DNA from: Lama guanicoe
Taxonomy: Eukaryota
Reading direction: 5' to 3'
Assembly (NCBI GenBank): GCA_013239625.1
Contig: MU053487.1
Location: forward strand, 2,935,058-2,999,057
DNA length: 64,000 nucleotides
Shown in pieces: positions 11,383-25,110 of this stretch. The notes beneath the pieces are model-generated. The model saw nothing but the letters and a program-made list of their open reading frames with translations, was not told where the DNA came from and searched no databases. The position numbers and the translations under genes were made by a program. Position 1 is the stretch's first letter; every line of letters starts with the position of its first letter.

Positions 11383-13622
11383 AATGGGGCAAGTTGGGCT
11401 CACACAGCAATGCTTTCTGGTCCTACATCTCCCTTAAAGAAGGAAGGTTGGGAGGGGACCAGGCATGAACTCGAGCACCACTGGCCACCCTATGATTCCA
11501 GAATGTCACATCACAGTTGTGCCTTCCTGGCATGGGTCCCCAGGTCAGATTGAGAGACTGTGAATTCTGTACACTGACCCATCCTGTTCATCTTCTTGAC
11601 CAACAGCCCTGGTGACAGTTTTACTCCCAGGCCACACTTGTCACTGTCAACAGAGCCCTGATACAGCACTAATGGCAGGAAGCTACTGGGATTTCTCCTT
11701 CACTCTCAACCCAGACGGCTGCTGCTTGTACCCAGCTTTGGCCTGGTTTTCTGCCTCTCTTCTCTCTCTCTCTCTCTCTCTTAGCAATCAGTGGTGACCC
11801 TTTGCCAAGGAACATGTTCCACTGACTGCTGTCCCCTTAGGCCATCCAGCTCAGTCTGCACCCTGAGACAGCAGAAAGCCATGGGGTGTCACATGTGGGT
11901 ATTGGAGGACCATGCTCCCTGGAAGCCCCCTTTCAGCAGAAACCAGCAGAAAATCCAGGTCAGAGGAAGGCCTCTGTTGGTCCTCAAGAAGAGGCCAGCC
12001 ACAACTCCTTAGGGCTCCAGCCTCCCTAAGGATGTGGAGCAGAGCCAGCCTTGTGGTTCGCCTGGGGCTACATGTGTGTTTATTTTCCTTTGACCTGAAG
12101 GTCCAACCCCAGACAAGAAAATTTGAACTTAACAAGTTTTCATTTGAAATGTAGGATCTGATTATTTTTTTAATTATCAGAGGAATCTGATTTCTTTTAA
12201 AGTGTGTATTTTTCACAAACACAAGGGGCCTGTTCTGTGCCAGGCTCCTCATCTATTCAGCCTTTAACTTGGATAATTATTATCGTCACTAGCAATATCC
12301 AAGATGATGATGATTATCCAAGATTGAATATTCAGCAGATCCTGACACAGAAAACAACAGATCTACAAAACTGTTAAATTGGTAAAAGATATTGCATACA
12401 AAACTATTTGCTGCTTAATGTGAATAGTTCCTTTGAATGACAAGCTTCCCATAGGCACTTCAAATGTGTTCTATTGCTGTTTTAAAAAAGGACAATAACC
12501 AGTGCATAGCTCCCAGGTCAGGTACACAAAGTGGCGTCCCATGTGTCCTCCCAGGAGGGTCTTCGTGGTTTCTTTGGAAGAATGAGCTGAGTGCCCCACC
12601 CCGGGAACTGTTTTCTTTAGGAGGAGTCCTCTACTTTCATTTTGGGGGTTAGATTTAGGCAGAAAGGGGTCAAAGCTGGCATCTGATATGTACCTCCTTG
12701 CGTGACAGGCAGGATGAGTAAACGTGGGTGGGTACGCCGAAGACACTGTGCTGGCAGAGACCAGCCACCCCCACTGGCTGGACGCTGAATGCTTCGGTTG
12801 TCTGCCCTCTGTTTCCACAACAGGAGCCAGCTCACCTCTGCACAGTCAGTGCCACACCTTCTGTACCGCTGACTGGATGTTCCAGCTCTTCCCTAAGCCC
12901 TGGTTTTGCCAACCCCGCTGCCTTTTCCCAGATTCCTTCTCCATCCCTGCCTTGGAGTCATCCCCTCATCATCCAGATCAGTGGCTTTACATCTGTGCCC
13001 ACGTCAACGCTTCCGGTGGAGTCCGGCTGGTGGGCTCCTCCTGAGTCTCACGTGTGCCCGCCCCCACCCCGCCCCTTCTCTCCTCCGGTCGTAGCCTGAT
13101 TATAAGCCAGATGCTTCCCCAACTCTCTCATCTCTCCGTCAGGTACCCTCTTTTCCAGCTTAAATGGCTTTCACCCCAAAACAGCTTCACTTAAGCACAA
13201 AGAGTTGAAAGGGACTCGTGTGAAGAGTTTGAGGGTTGTGGTCAGGGCAGGAAGATGCTTGAGAAATGTAAATCAGATGCCTTCTGTGGAATGCCGGGTC
13301 TAGATTTGCCGGACACAAACAGCTGTGTTTCTTCTCTACTCTTTGTGGGTGTGTCAATATCAAGAACTAAGTATCTGGCTCTTACCACTTGGAAACCATA
13401 GCACTCAAGCCTGCATGTGTTAAGGAGTGCTGAAACTCCAGAGTTTTTCAGCGTCCATTCCTCCACCCACATAAAGGAATCCTCAAGAGAGTAGAAATTT
13501 CTGTATCGTTCAGTGATAAACTTTTTGTCTGCTCCACACGAAGTTCGATTGTGCTCAGACTCTGGAGGCCCAGCCGTTGTGATGGAAACACCTGACAGTG
13601 AGTCGTATTGTGTCTTGTACAG

Positions 13623-13724
13623 GACAGCTCATCTGTCATCCAGTTCATGACCCGCGCCAGGGTGAAGGTGGCCCCCGCCCTGAGGGTGGTGGAAATAGCC
13701 GGTGGAAACCCAGAGGAGATGACG
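13623..13724 (+). CDS. ITGA9: Integrin alpha-9 internal coding exon (3rd from last)
   Basis: Acceptor tgtcttgtacag|GAC and donor ACG|gtgagt. 102 bp, DSSSVIQFMTRARVKVAPALRVVEIAGGNPEEMT. Confidence 0.96.
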
Positions 13725-16700
13725 GTGAGTCAGCCACCCTGGCACAGCCCCCCTCCTGGGGTGAGGGAATCTGGGTGACTTGGAAGACCGGGCGCTGGAA
13801 CATGAGGGTACAGACGGCCTCTGGGCCAAGATGGCAGCTTTGCAGGAGACCCAAGACCTTGCCTGCCTTTGGCTTCCCGGCCCCTGCGGAGAACTTGGGC
13901 AGTCTGCTCTTGTTCTGATAGCACTGTTCTCTGGGGTGCTGGTATTAAAGGAAAAATCATCGCAAGTACCATTGACAGGGCTTGGATTTCCACCCTGAAG
14001 CCAAGACTATTTTTATCCTCCTCAGACCTTTTCCCTAAACCCTCATCTGCCTTCCAATCACATTGCTCCACGGATAAACACTGGGTGTTTCAAAAGTAAG
14101 TTGTTTGAGTAACTTAAAGAGGTCACATTCTAATTGCCTTGCCAAGTCCTAGAACCTTCTCTTTCATTCTCCACCCAACCCCGTCCTCTGTAAAGTGCAG
14201 TCGGCAAGCAGACCTCCCGGCACGGGAAGTGTGGCTGCCAGGAGTTGAGATGTGGGGTGTGGGAGAAGCTGGAGGGAAAGGGGGGCCTTGGAATTTTTCT
14301 ACCTTTTATTATTTTTCAGGGGCGGGTGGGGAGGCTCATCCTTTGACACACACACTCTGTCCTAGGTGCTTAGGAAGGGGATAGAGCACTGAGCTGTGCG
14401 ATCCAGGAAGACATTACCTAGGATCCCATTGTTGGATTCTGAGTCATCTGTACGCCCCAAAATACCACTCCCATTAATTACTGTTCCATTTTGAGCACCG
14501 TGCTGGTATTTTCATCATCAAGAGCTCTTTGGAAGAAGCTCTCGTTTTCAACTGATTTTTTTCCTAGTACTCCCAAGAAAAAAGTAACACCCGTCAGAAT
14601 CCCACAGGGCCCCCTTCTCCCTCCTTTCCGTGACTGCCTTTCAGTCCCCGAGCAAAGATGAAGTACTCCAATCCGTTCTCAACTTTCCTGGCAGGAAAAA
14701 AAAAAAGTCTTTTTTGAGTAGGAAGGTTTGCCTTTATAGAACAAACACGCTCTTCCCTGAGTGATTCTTTCTGAATGCCTGGCACACAGTCAATCATTCA
14801 TCGGAAAGGAAATTTCCATAGACGCTAGGCAACATTTCACAGGGTTTGAGATTAGGCACCAAATTGGTATGGCCTTGCCATGAACAGGAAGTGTGTTTGC
14901 AGCTGGTAATGAGCAGGGTGTGAGCGAGAAGAGGAAAACAATCTGGTTTTTAACCACACAGAGTGTCTGTGGTGATAAATTGAACTGATGGGGAAATCAA
15001 ATAATTTTCCTGTGACCCTGTGTGTCTTTTATTTTTATGCTGTGGTGTTTTTTTTTTGCCTGGAGGAGTGCTTTACAGAGCACACGGGTGAATATCTAGA
15101 AATATGTCATAGATGTTTGAGGCATTTCCCTTGAATGACTGCATTTGGGTGCCCCTCCCAGGTTGGATGTTAGCGAGTGTCCACGACCGACCACACCAAG
15201 CTTACCTGGCTTGGTACAGACCCACACCGGTGAATTCAGGTGAGATCTGTGTGACCATGTGATGGTGACATGTTGGTAATACATTGGATTTCCTATTCTT
15301 TTCAACCCAACCCTTCTCACTTTTCTGTGAGAGCTGCCAACAAGTGAGGCTAGGGACTCCTCCAGGGCAAACCAAGAACCTCCAGCACCAGCTCCCCTGC
15401 TGCGAGCCACTGCCCCAAACTCCCTTCTTGGCCTGTGAGAAACGCTTGTATAAGTTACAGAGCAAATTTGCTTTCTTGGTATTTTAAAAGAGCGGAATAT
15501 GTGATAAACATGGAAATCCACAGATGAATGAGTCACTGCCATGTGGAGTGTGCACCAGGCTGGGGTTCCAGGGGCCAGCGGAAAGGACTGCCTTCGTCTC
15601 ATTTTGGCAGAATCAGAATGGACTAGAAGGATGTCTGGTGGCTCTCAGAATTTCCAGGAAGGCTGGAGAGCCAGACTGGGAGATGAGAAACCTGAGGGGC
15701 CAGGACCCTGACACCTGCTGGGCCAGGCCCCAGGAGGAGCCTGGCGTGGTACCCTGGACACAGCCTCCCAGGCTTCCCTTGGCATCTTGCATCTTGCTCT
15801 CGCTGAGATTAGGCCCCTGTCTTTGGGGGTCCAGGCACCCCAGGAGAAGCAGGTGGCTGGCATTTGTGGCTGGTTCAGCACAGCCTCCCCCTGCCCCTGA
15901 GACTCACACAGGGGAGGGCTCCCCACACTGGAAGAGGATTCAGTGCTAAAGGAGGTGCCTAAAAAGTGACAAATACTCCCTCCCCTGTGCTTTTCTAACC
16001 CTGAGCTTCAGCATGGGGCCAGCCAGCCCCGAGCTCCGCTTAGGGTTCCGCTCTGAGCCAGCCTCTGTTCCATCATTTCCATCAGTTTGCTGGCTCTATT
16101 AGTGAGAGAACATGAGAATCTTTGTCCATAGGTGGGTGAGGCGTGTTTGTGCTCTTAGCTTTGTTTTATTTTAAGAATTCCTATGCTTGAATGAGCTGCT
16201 TCCTTGCCGATTTGACAGGGCAACTGTTTGGGACCTTCACCTTCTGGAGGGGACCATACATTCAAAGAGGCAGTCACCTCCCTCACACTTCCCTCCTCTG
16301 CTCTCAGCATCCCTCGCCCTGCCGCTAGGGAAACAGGTCATAACTTTAACAAGTCCCCAGCAACTCCCCTGTGTCCTCCCTGGGGTAGAACCACAAAGCT
16401 TCTTCCTCATAAACAGGGCCTCTGATGCTTGCCCAGGGTCTCATGGGGGCTGAACCACAGACAGCTTCCAGGGCTTGTGACTCCCGGCCTGGGACTCCTT
16501 CCCCCTCCCCTGCAGCCACTCAGCCACACGGGAGGGCACTGGGCCTTCTGGGATGACAGGGCCCAGACAAGTGCAAGTGTCCGCTCTGGAAAGGACTGAC
16601 TTGTTTTCAAGTCTCTCTGTTAAAACTGCCCAGGTACCCTGGCAGCCCAGCCAGCTCCTTTGGACTGGACCTGGCTCTCCTCACCCGAGTTGTGGCTTTT

Positions 16701-19319
16701 CTTTCTCAGTCTCAACCAGACTTCAGAACGAAGCCTCATGGCTGCAGCCATGTTTCACGTCTGAGTAAGTGTACCCCGCCAAACACAAATGGGTCGGGAC
16801 AGCAAGTTCCAGTTTCATATTCTCTGAAGCTGTTCAGGTTTAGTTCCCAGTCCTGGGACTTCCAAGGAAGTCAGTCCTTCTCGTTTGGCCTTTGCCTCTG
16901 TGCGCCAGGAACACTGAACCACCACCTCCTTCTTGAGATTAGAAAAGCTTGGCTTCAAATCCCATGTCCCTCATGTCCCAGTCATGGGACTTTGGGTATC
17001 AGGTAAGCCATGCGAGCCTCAGTTTCCCCTCTCTCCCCGTGCACCCTGGGGGAACTGGCCTCTGACAGCACCATCCACTAGGAGCGAAAGCATGCAAAGG
17101 TGGAGCTGGGCATTGTGAATGGATAGAGGGACCCACGGCATCTGGGCGGACAGCCAGCGGTGTTGGGCGCGGATGGCAGTGGTCTCCATGCCAACACTGG
17201 GGGCTTGGCTCAGCGCGCACGTCTAAGTCCCGTGATGCTTAATGATTTCGTTGTTTTTGCTTCTTTCGTCTATGCTCAGTTCCTGTGATGGGCTGGGCAT
17301 TCCATGGGATTATCGCCTGTCACTCTCACATCGCCCTTGAAGATATGATTACTTGCATTTTCTGATAAGGAAAATGAAGCCCCCCGAGGTGAAGGGACCT
17401 ACCAGCCTAAGACACCCAGTTTGTCAGTGGAAGAGCTGGGTCTGGAGGTTTGCAAGCCCAAGTCTGCCTTCCTTCTCTGCTCCTCTGGCCTGGGCTGCCC
17501 TGTTGCCGGGGCCACACGCCGTGGGAGCACCGCTCTGGCGGATGGCAGGATACGCAGGCGTGGAGGGTGAACAGCTAGCCCCTCATCATAGGAGCGACCC
17601 TTGGCTCCAGTGGCCTCAGAAGCACATCGTGTTCTGACTTAGTGGTGTGTTGTTGCTGGAGCTCTTCCCGTGGCAGCCTGGTCCCTAACCAGATGCTCAG
17701 CTATTCATCAAGAGAATTAACACTCTTCCAGGGCCCTCCAGACCCTGCAGGAGAGAAGCTGTCTCCCCCTCTTCCTCTACAGAGCAGCCGTGAGGTTTAT
17801 CGGGAGTGATAGATATAAAACCTCTCAGCACCATGTCTGGCACACAGTAAGTTCTCAACAGATGTGACCCATTATTAACAAAGGAATTAGCACCAGCCCA
17901 GCTCATTCCTCTGCAGATGCTAACAGAGCGAGGCATTTCTGAAACCCAGCACCCCTGAAACCCGGCACCTGGCCGGCACGGGCGCGTTTGACGGCTTTGG
18001 GTTTTCTTTCCCCCTCTGCCATTTGCCCTTTATTGTAGTGGGAGTGGCTAATATATTCTTTCTAATATATTATCATACATCAAAAATTCCTACTGGGTTA
18101 GGATGACGTCTTCAGTGTGTGTCCCTGTTTATGCTGTTCAGTTCCATACTTTTCTACTTGTGTAAGGGATTCTTTTTTTTTATTGAAATATAGACAGCTC
18201 TGTTTATTACCACACAGACTTACAACAGCCATCTTGCCAAATGCAGGCTCTGTTCTGGTCATCGATGTCGTCTCCACGAGGCTCCCAGCTCCCCTAAGTT
18301 GGTCTGCTTTCTGAAGGCTCTTTTCTGAGAGCGATTTAAGACATGGTTCTGCTGAGAGCATTTCTTCCAGCCCCAGTAACCCTTTCTCCCTCCTCTGTCC
18401 TGGACTGGCTGTTAGATGTAATTAGAAACAGGTGGAGATGTCATTTCTTTGTCCCAGATGGTCTTCTTTTTCCACTTTTTCTCTTACATAAATCCCTTCC
18501 CTCTGTGAGGCCTGTGTGTGATGTTGATTGTGGAAAAGCGTCCTGCCCTTGAAATGGACCTTCAGCCGGCCTGGGACTGGGGTTGAACCTCCCCGTGGGT
18601 GCCGCTGAAGGAGCTGTCCGCTCAGCCCTGGGAGCCCTCCATCCGTCTGAGGCCTGGGCCGGGGGCATCCCGTTGTGGTCATGTCCTCAGTCCTCTCGGA
18701 GGCCTGAGCATTTCCAGCTCTGACACTGGGCCTATTTGCAGAACAGAAAAGTTGCCAGAAACATACAAGTGAATCAAGCGCTGTAGTTTGGGTTTGCCGC
18801 TGCCTCAGACTGGAAGTTGCCGCCTGCTGATTCCCTGACGCCTGCTTGCCAGCCTCAGGTGCACTCAGCTTTACAGCCGTGGGCAGGACGCCCGGCGTGT
18901 GGTCCTGCCGTTGCCCCAACCGGATGTCCGTCCAGCTCAAGACTCTGTTCAGGCAAATCCTCATGCTCCTCCACTCTCCTACATTTTATTAGTTACCGTC
19001 CCAACATAGGAGCCCTCCAGCTTCAATCCTCAGCTGTGCCAGCATTTATCCCTTCGCTGGTCAGAACTTCTGCCTGCCCCATGTCTCAGCCCCCTATGGC
19101 CCTCTGAAAGCAGCAGTCTCCCCCATCCCTCATTCTCAGTCTTTATTCTCCTTCCTCATCACCTCCTTTCATACTGCAACTGTGGATCTCCCCTGGGGAA
19201 ACCACTTCCGCTGTAGCCCTCTTACTGGGCCCGTTTGTTCCTTGAACCCTCACATAAAGTTCTCCCTTCTGACCTATATTCATTTTGCAGCCAGAGTGTT
19301 CTATGCAAAATGCCAACCG

Positions 19320-19454
19320 TGGGAGGGTATAGCTCAGTGGGAGAGTATGTGCCTAGCTTGCTCAAGGTCCTGGGGATGGAACCTAATTAAGAAATAAACA
19401 ACAATTTAAAAAATAAACAAATAAATAAACCTAATACCTCCCCCACCAAAAAAA
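19320..19454 (+). mobile_element. Camelid tRNA-derived SINE (Vic-1 type) inserted in an L2 relic
   Basis: gggagggtatagctcagtgggagag head, aaataaacctaatacctcccc tail; degenerate TSD (aaatgccaacc / attgcaaacc). Confidence 0.85.
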
Positions 19455-19530
19455 TTGCAAACCATGTCACTCCCCTGGTTAAAAACCTCCCACTGGTTTC
19501 CCAGTGCCTCCTAAGATAAAGCATATAATT

Positions 19531-20055
19531 TTTTTTCAGGTTTAATTCCACAGAAGTATTTTTCTTTATTGAAGTATAGTTGATTTACAATATTGTGTTA
19601 GTTTTTGGTATTACAAGCTATTGAATATAGTCCCCTGCACTATATAGTAGATCCTTGTTACCTATTTTGTACATAGTAATTTGTATACAGAAGTATTTTT
19701 AATGGCATATTTAAGTCATCCATTATTCCTCCTATATTTACTAACAATTTGAGAAAATGTTATAACTTTATGAATGAATCTGATGATTTTCAGGGATTAT
19801 TTACAAGGAATTTTCAAAACCACGCATCAGGAAGACAAAAGAAGTACTGCTTTGCTTTCTGGAGTGATTTTCCAAGTGAATGGGAAGAAGAGTCAAATGC
19901 TTGAACTTCACTGTTTTATGAAAAGAAAATAACCTATTAAGCCAAATGATTTAGGAATTAGATATTAAGTTCAAAATCACTACAGGCTTGGTTTGATGTG
20001 CTGGCATCTAAAAGATAGATGGGGCCAGCTTTCAGATGGCAGCCACGTGCTTCTT
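19531..20055 (-). pseudogene. Orphan retroposed 3'-UTR-like fragment (truncated retrocopy or transduction) with nested L1 end
   Basis: Perfect 19-bp direct repeat taagataaagcatataatt at 19512-19530 and 20056-20074. Poly(T) at the left end, ATTAAA on the minus strand near the tail. Interrupts an L2-like relic. Confidence 0.7.
19564..19686 (-). mobile_element. Short LINE-1 3' end nested in the orphan insert
   Basis: ttattgaagtatagttgatttacaatattgtgttag..., flanked by 14-bp TSD acagaagtattttt (19550-19563, 19687-19700). Confidence 0.8.
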
Positions 20056-20534
20056 TAAGATAAAGCATATAATTCTTAGCACAGCCTCCAGCCCTTCTTA
20101 CTCCTCCAGTCTCATCTTCAGCATCTGCCTTTGGTTTCTTGCTCATTCCGTGTGCTCCAGCCCCACCGTGTGCTGGCGGCGTCTCACCCCTGCCGAGCTC
20201 ACTCTAGCCACGGGGCTTTTGCACATGCTGTTCCTGCCTGCAGTGTCATTCCCTCCCCTCTTTGACTGGTTAACTTCTGTTTCTCCCTTCACTCCCAGCT
20301 CAAGCCGTTTCTCAGAAAACTCTTTCTGAGTACCATGCCCATCTTAGAGTCTTTATAGTCATGAACCTCTTCCTTGGGGCACTTTCCAAAATTATAATTT
20401 TGCATTTATGTGGCTAACTCGTCAGTATTCTCTAAAGCTGGAAGCTCCTTGAGGTTTAGTAAAGGCTGTCTGTTTTATTGATCAATGAATCCCCATAGTG
20501 CTTGGCACAGAGTAGGTGCTCTGTATACATTTGT

Positions 20535-20625
20535 TGAATGGATGGATGAACAGACAGATGAGTGGATGGACAAGTGAATGGGTGGATGAGGGGGTGGGCA
20601 GATGGATGGATGGATGATGGATGGC
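20535..20625. repeat. Degenerate (TGGA)n simple repeat at an L2 3' end
   Basis: tggatggatgaa...gatggatggatggatgatggatgg following cttggcacagagtaggtgctc...ttgttgaatg (L2 tail). Confidence 0.75.
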
Positions 20626-21584
20626 CAGGACTCTCCCAAAAGAAATAACATTTGCAGATGTATTTTTGAAGTAGAGAAACGAGAGGCATGCTCAGAGACT
20701 CTAGCTTCAAATCCCACCATTTCTTTTGTCACAGTCTTGATCATATTCATATTTCATCTAATGTTATGGCAGAAAGGACGTTGACTTTATTCGTTTGTGC
20801 ATTCCTGCATCACGTAATGAATCACAGCCTCAGTTCCGGTGACAGGAAAGCCTACATTCAAACCCTTGTTCTGTAAGAATTCACAGTTGACTGGAGTCCA
20901 TAGACAGGAAGATACATCATTACCTTACAGAGTGAGAAGGAGTCAGAACTGGGATGATGAACCGCTCCCCTGTGGTCTTAAAACTAAGCTTTTGGAGCTG
21001 TGGTTCCCTTGAGTTGGTTCAGGGGCTGCTGGGGCTGAGGTAGAGGGGGCTGCCTTGGGAAGGGGGGCTGATCAGGCAGGCTCTGACTGCCCACCGTCTT
21101 TATAAACAGAGAATCCCCACTTTTTCTGTTTTATACATTGGGATGCAATGGCAGGTTTTCTCTGCTAAAGGAGATTGAAAATTGCTACGTTTCCAAAAGC
21201 TCAGAGAATGGTGAGTTCTGCTGAAAAGAGCAGAGTAGGTCAGTCTTCTTGGAACAGGAGAAGTTGGAGCAGAGTCTCTCCTTTTCATTTTTTTTTTTTT
21301 ATCTTGGCTTTAAAATACTCGGTTAAATTTTTTTGAGTAGTTAAAAGTAGAAAAGAGAAAAAATATCCATAATATCAAAAAACACCTATTTATTTAAAAA
21401 ATTTGTACTTTTTTCCTGCTACGCTGAAGTCTCCTATATGATAAATGGATATTGGGTTTTTTTCATGTAACACTATAGCATTTATCATTTTTCCTTTTAT
21501 TATCATGTTTTCAAAGTATGTAAAACTTGGAAATCAGACAAAAGATTGCATGTCCTTTCAATGGCATCTGAGAGCATCCTCTAC

Positions 21585-21756
21585 CCTCTTTCTACTCAAA
21601 ATGTGGTCCATGGACCAGCAGCTTCAGCATCACCAGTGAGCTTAACTGAAATGTGGAATCTCAGGCCCCAACCCAGACTCACTGATTCGGAATATGCGTC
21701 TTAACTAGCTTCCTCATGTGGTTCTTATACATATTAAAATCTGAGACGAGCACTGG
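21585..21756. mobile_element. MER5-type hAT-Charlie MITE
   Basis: ctactcaaaatgtggtccatggaccagcagc...gaatctcaggccccaacccagact...tgagacgagcactgg. Confidence 0.75.
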
Positions 21757-23084
21757 TTTAACAGGTCTGCCTAACTCCCTAGGGCCCAGATGCTGTGAAG
21801 TTACATATTAACTTATAGAAAACTTAAGTTATAAATGTCTTTTGCCAGTAAAGATGAAAATGACTTCTGTCTGGCAGAAAATATAATCCCAAAGGTTATA
21901 GTTTATTGCCCTATAGGGTATTAACCAGTTTTATATCTGATTTCAGCTTTCCCCCCCCCCCACCCCCGTAACTACCCCATTCTCAGATCCTTCTTTGAAC
22001 TAGCTTTAGGGTCCTGCTGATTCCCTCAGTAGTGACTTAAGTAAAACTTTAACATGTATTTGCTGGCTATTTGTATGAAAGTCATGCTTTTAATCTTTTG
22101 AAAACCATTCTTTGACAGCCAGATTTATGATCATTTTAATAGCTCTATGGTATGTCACTCTGCAGTTGCCATAATTTACCTCTCTGTTGCTCTACTATTA
22201 AGACTTCCAGGATATTTCGAACTCTGGACCAATGTCAGTAATCCTGCAGTGAACATCCTTGAACATAAAATGTTTTCTGTACTTTATGATTCTTACTTTT
22301 GAGGAAATTTTCATGTACAGAATTAACAGATCAAAGGATACAAACATTTGTAAGATAAGCAATATTGGAGTTTGTCAAATGGACAAGAATTGAAGAGTGA
22401 ACCAGGTGGCAGTGTGGAAGAGTCAAAGGGGGGCTCTGCCGGCAGACTATGCTTTATGCACATTAAGGTGTGCATAAAGCATATGCATCTTCAGCAGAAA
22501 TGGATATACATGTACACCAGGATGTATGCAAAAGAAACAAACAAACCCATCCACTATTCATAATGGCCCTAATTGAGAATGGACAACATTTTATTTCTTG
22601 ATCTGGTTGGTGGTTATACATGTGTCTGTTTTAGAATAACTTATTAAGCTGTATGTTTATGCTTTATCCATATTTATGTATATGCATTATTTTTCACAAG
22701 GTCAAAAAATAAAATGAATCACTAAAAATGAAAAAAAGAAAGAAAGTAGCCTGCAGAGAGGCAGGAGACCACCGGTCTCTCAGGGAGATAACTCGAACCG
22801 GCCAGAAAGTGAATATGGGTCCTGCCAGGGGTGGGAGGTAGGAAGGAGACCAGATTGTGAAGATCCTGGTACCCCGACTTGTATATTCAGTGTAAAGGAA
22901 AATCATCTGTAGTGTAAACTGAGAAGTGACGTGATGAGACTTGCGTTTCAGGAAGACAACTTGAGCAGCAGGGAGGCTTCTTCAAGGCTCCTGAGATAGT
23001 GCTGCTGAGACGCTCGGGCTTGTACCAGGGCAGTAACTAGGGATGGAAACAGGAGGAGGGGGAGAAAAGATGTTTAAAGAGTTA

Positions 23085-23282
23085 TAGGGGGTGGGATTAA
23101 GAGATACAAACTCCCATGTATAAAACAGATAAGCAACAAGGATATATTGTATAGCTCAGAGAATCTTGTAATAACTTCTGACGGAGTATTTCTGTAAAAA
23201 TACTGAATCACTATGCTGTATACTTGGAACTAATATAATATTGTAAATCAACTATACTTCAGTTTTAAAAAACATAAAAAAT
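23085..23282 (+). mobile_element. 5'-truncated LINE-1 3' end
   Basis: gggattaagagatacaaact...aagcaacaaggatatattgtatagc...gaatcactatgctgta...ttgtaaatcaactatacttca plus A-rich tail. Confidence 0.8.
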
Positions 23283-24714
23283 ACCATGGGCTGATTCAAA
23301 AAACTTTTTTAATTTAGTTGAAGAGGTACAAGGGCTTGACCAGGATGATTCCGCTCTCTAATGGTGAAGACAAGACCCGACAGTCAGTGCTTCTCGCCTC
23401 TCCCCGTAGTCCCTGCTGCAGTTCTAAGACTTCTTAGAACTGCAGGCTGCTCACATCATCCCTGACAAATGCGTTTGTTCGAGTCGTGATGTGCAGGAAT
23501 CAGCTCTGCCAAAGCATGAAGCACACGTCCAAGAAGATGAACAGCATCACTAAAAATAATAAAAGATTAAGCACACATTCCGGGGCAGTGACAGGGCATT
23601 CTTGTGGAATTTGCCAGACTAAACTGTAGTGGATACTCTCCACTGTCTCTTCATCCACAAAACCAGACCTCCAGGGTGGCTTTGCCAGGAGACAGATTTC
23701 AAACCCTGTGGGGCAGCCAGGGTTATATCCAAGGGGCTGGACTTTACAGCCGACCCCATGAAGCGCACAGCCTGTTTCAGCAATTCATTGTCAACAAGAA
23801 GGTTCAGCAGACTTTCACTACGCGACCAGAGACCAGGAACTTTGATGCACTGTCTTACTTTGCCTTTCATTCCCCCATTTCACAGGGGAGGAAACGGAGA
23901 ATAGCATCCTGGTTGTCTATGGTAGCGCCTCTCAGCCACGGTGCCTCATCGTTCACCTGTACAAGACACCAGGGAGACCTGAATGTGGGAGGCGATGGGA
24001 TCCACAGCTTTTTAGAGGCTGGAACCCAAAGCCATGAATCTGTCTTTAAAGACAGGAATCTCTAATCTGAACCAGATAGAAAAGAATAGGCTTAAGATAT
24101 CAGACTTTACAGCCCATTTGTGTCCCACCCCTCCCATCCTCACGTGTTCTTCCTTCAGGGTTGCCTGATGTCTAAACATCACTTTTTATAATAGCCCCCA
24201 ACCAGGTAGAATGGATACATAAATCGAGGTGTATTCACACAGCAATGACAGCAACACACTCCTGCCCGGATGAATCTCCCAAACCTAGTGTTGAAGCAAG
24301 AAGCCAGACCCAGGAGTGCACAGTCAGGCCAGGCAGAGCTAGGACAAAAGCTGATGCGGCTGATGTAGGCTCTTGGCAGTCAAGACGGCGTGTACCCGTG
24401 GTGGGGGTTGTGACTGGGAGGGAGTGGGAAGGGGGCTTCTCAGCAGCTGGTCCTGTCCTGTCCTGTGTCTTGATCTGGGTGCATTTCGCATTCAGTACAT
24501 GAAAATCCAGTGAGCTGCGTGCTTGCATTATGGGCACTTTTCTCTTTATGTATATTGACTTCAGTAAAGTTTGTTTTTAATTAAAAAGTGAGCTAACCAT
24601 GTACAACCTCAAAAAAAAAAACAACCCCTGCTGCAAGGCTAATGATGCTGATGGGAGGACCCACCATGTGTGGAGGAGAGGGTTCTGCCAGGCACTCTAC
24701 ATGCATGACCTCCC

Positions 24715-24820
24715 TTGAATTCCCTGAGGAGGTGCTGTTGTACCCCTATTTTACAGATGAGAAAACTGAGGCTCAGAGAGGTAAAGTACCTTGCTCAGGG
24801 TCACACAGCTAGTGAGTTTG
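24715..24820. mobile_element. MIR SINE core
   Basis: cctattttacagatgagaaaactgaggctcagagaggtaaagtaccttgctcagggtcacacagctagtgag. Confidence 0.85.
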
Positions 24821-25110
24821 TGCTACAAAGAAGCCTCATTTCCATTCCTGGAAGTGACTTCTGTGTTCTGTAGGCAGTTTTCTTTCATTCGTCCCAATGT
24901 AGGAAGGAATGGTTTCTACTCTGCCTGGTTTCCCTTGAGATAATGTTATAAATTTAGGATTTGCAGGTGAGACCATGAGAGCTGTCTGCCTCGTGGGTGA
25001 CGGTCCTTCCCTCCCCCAGCTATGGGAGCGAAGACGATGACACAAGGATGGTTGTGTTTGCTTTCCTTATCACCAGGGGAGAGACAGGAAATGATCCATT
25101 TAATTGACAG

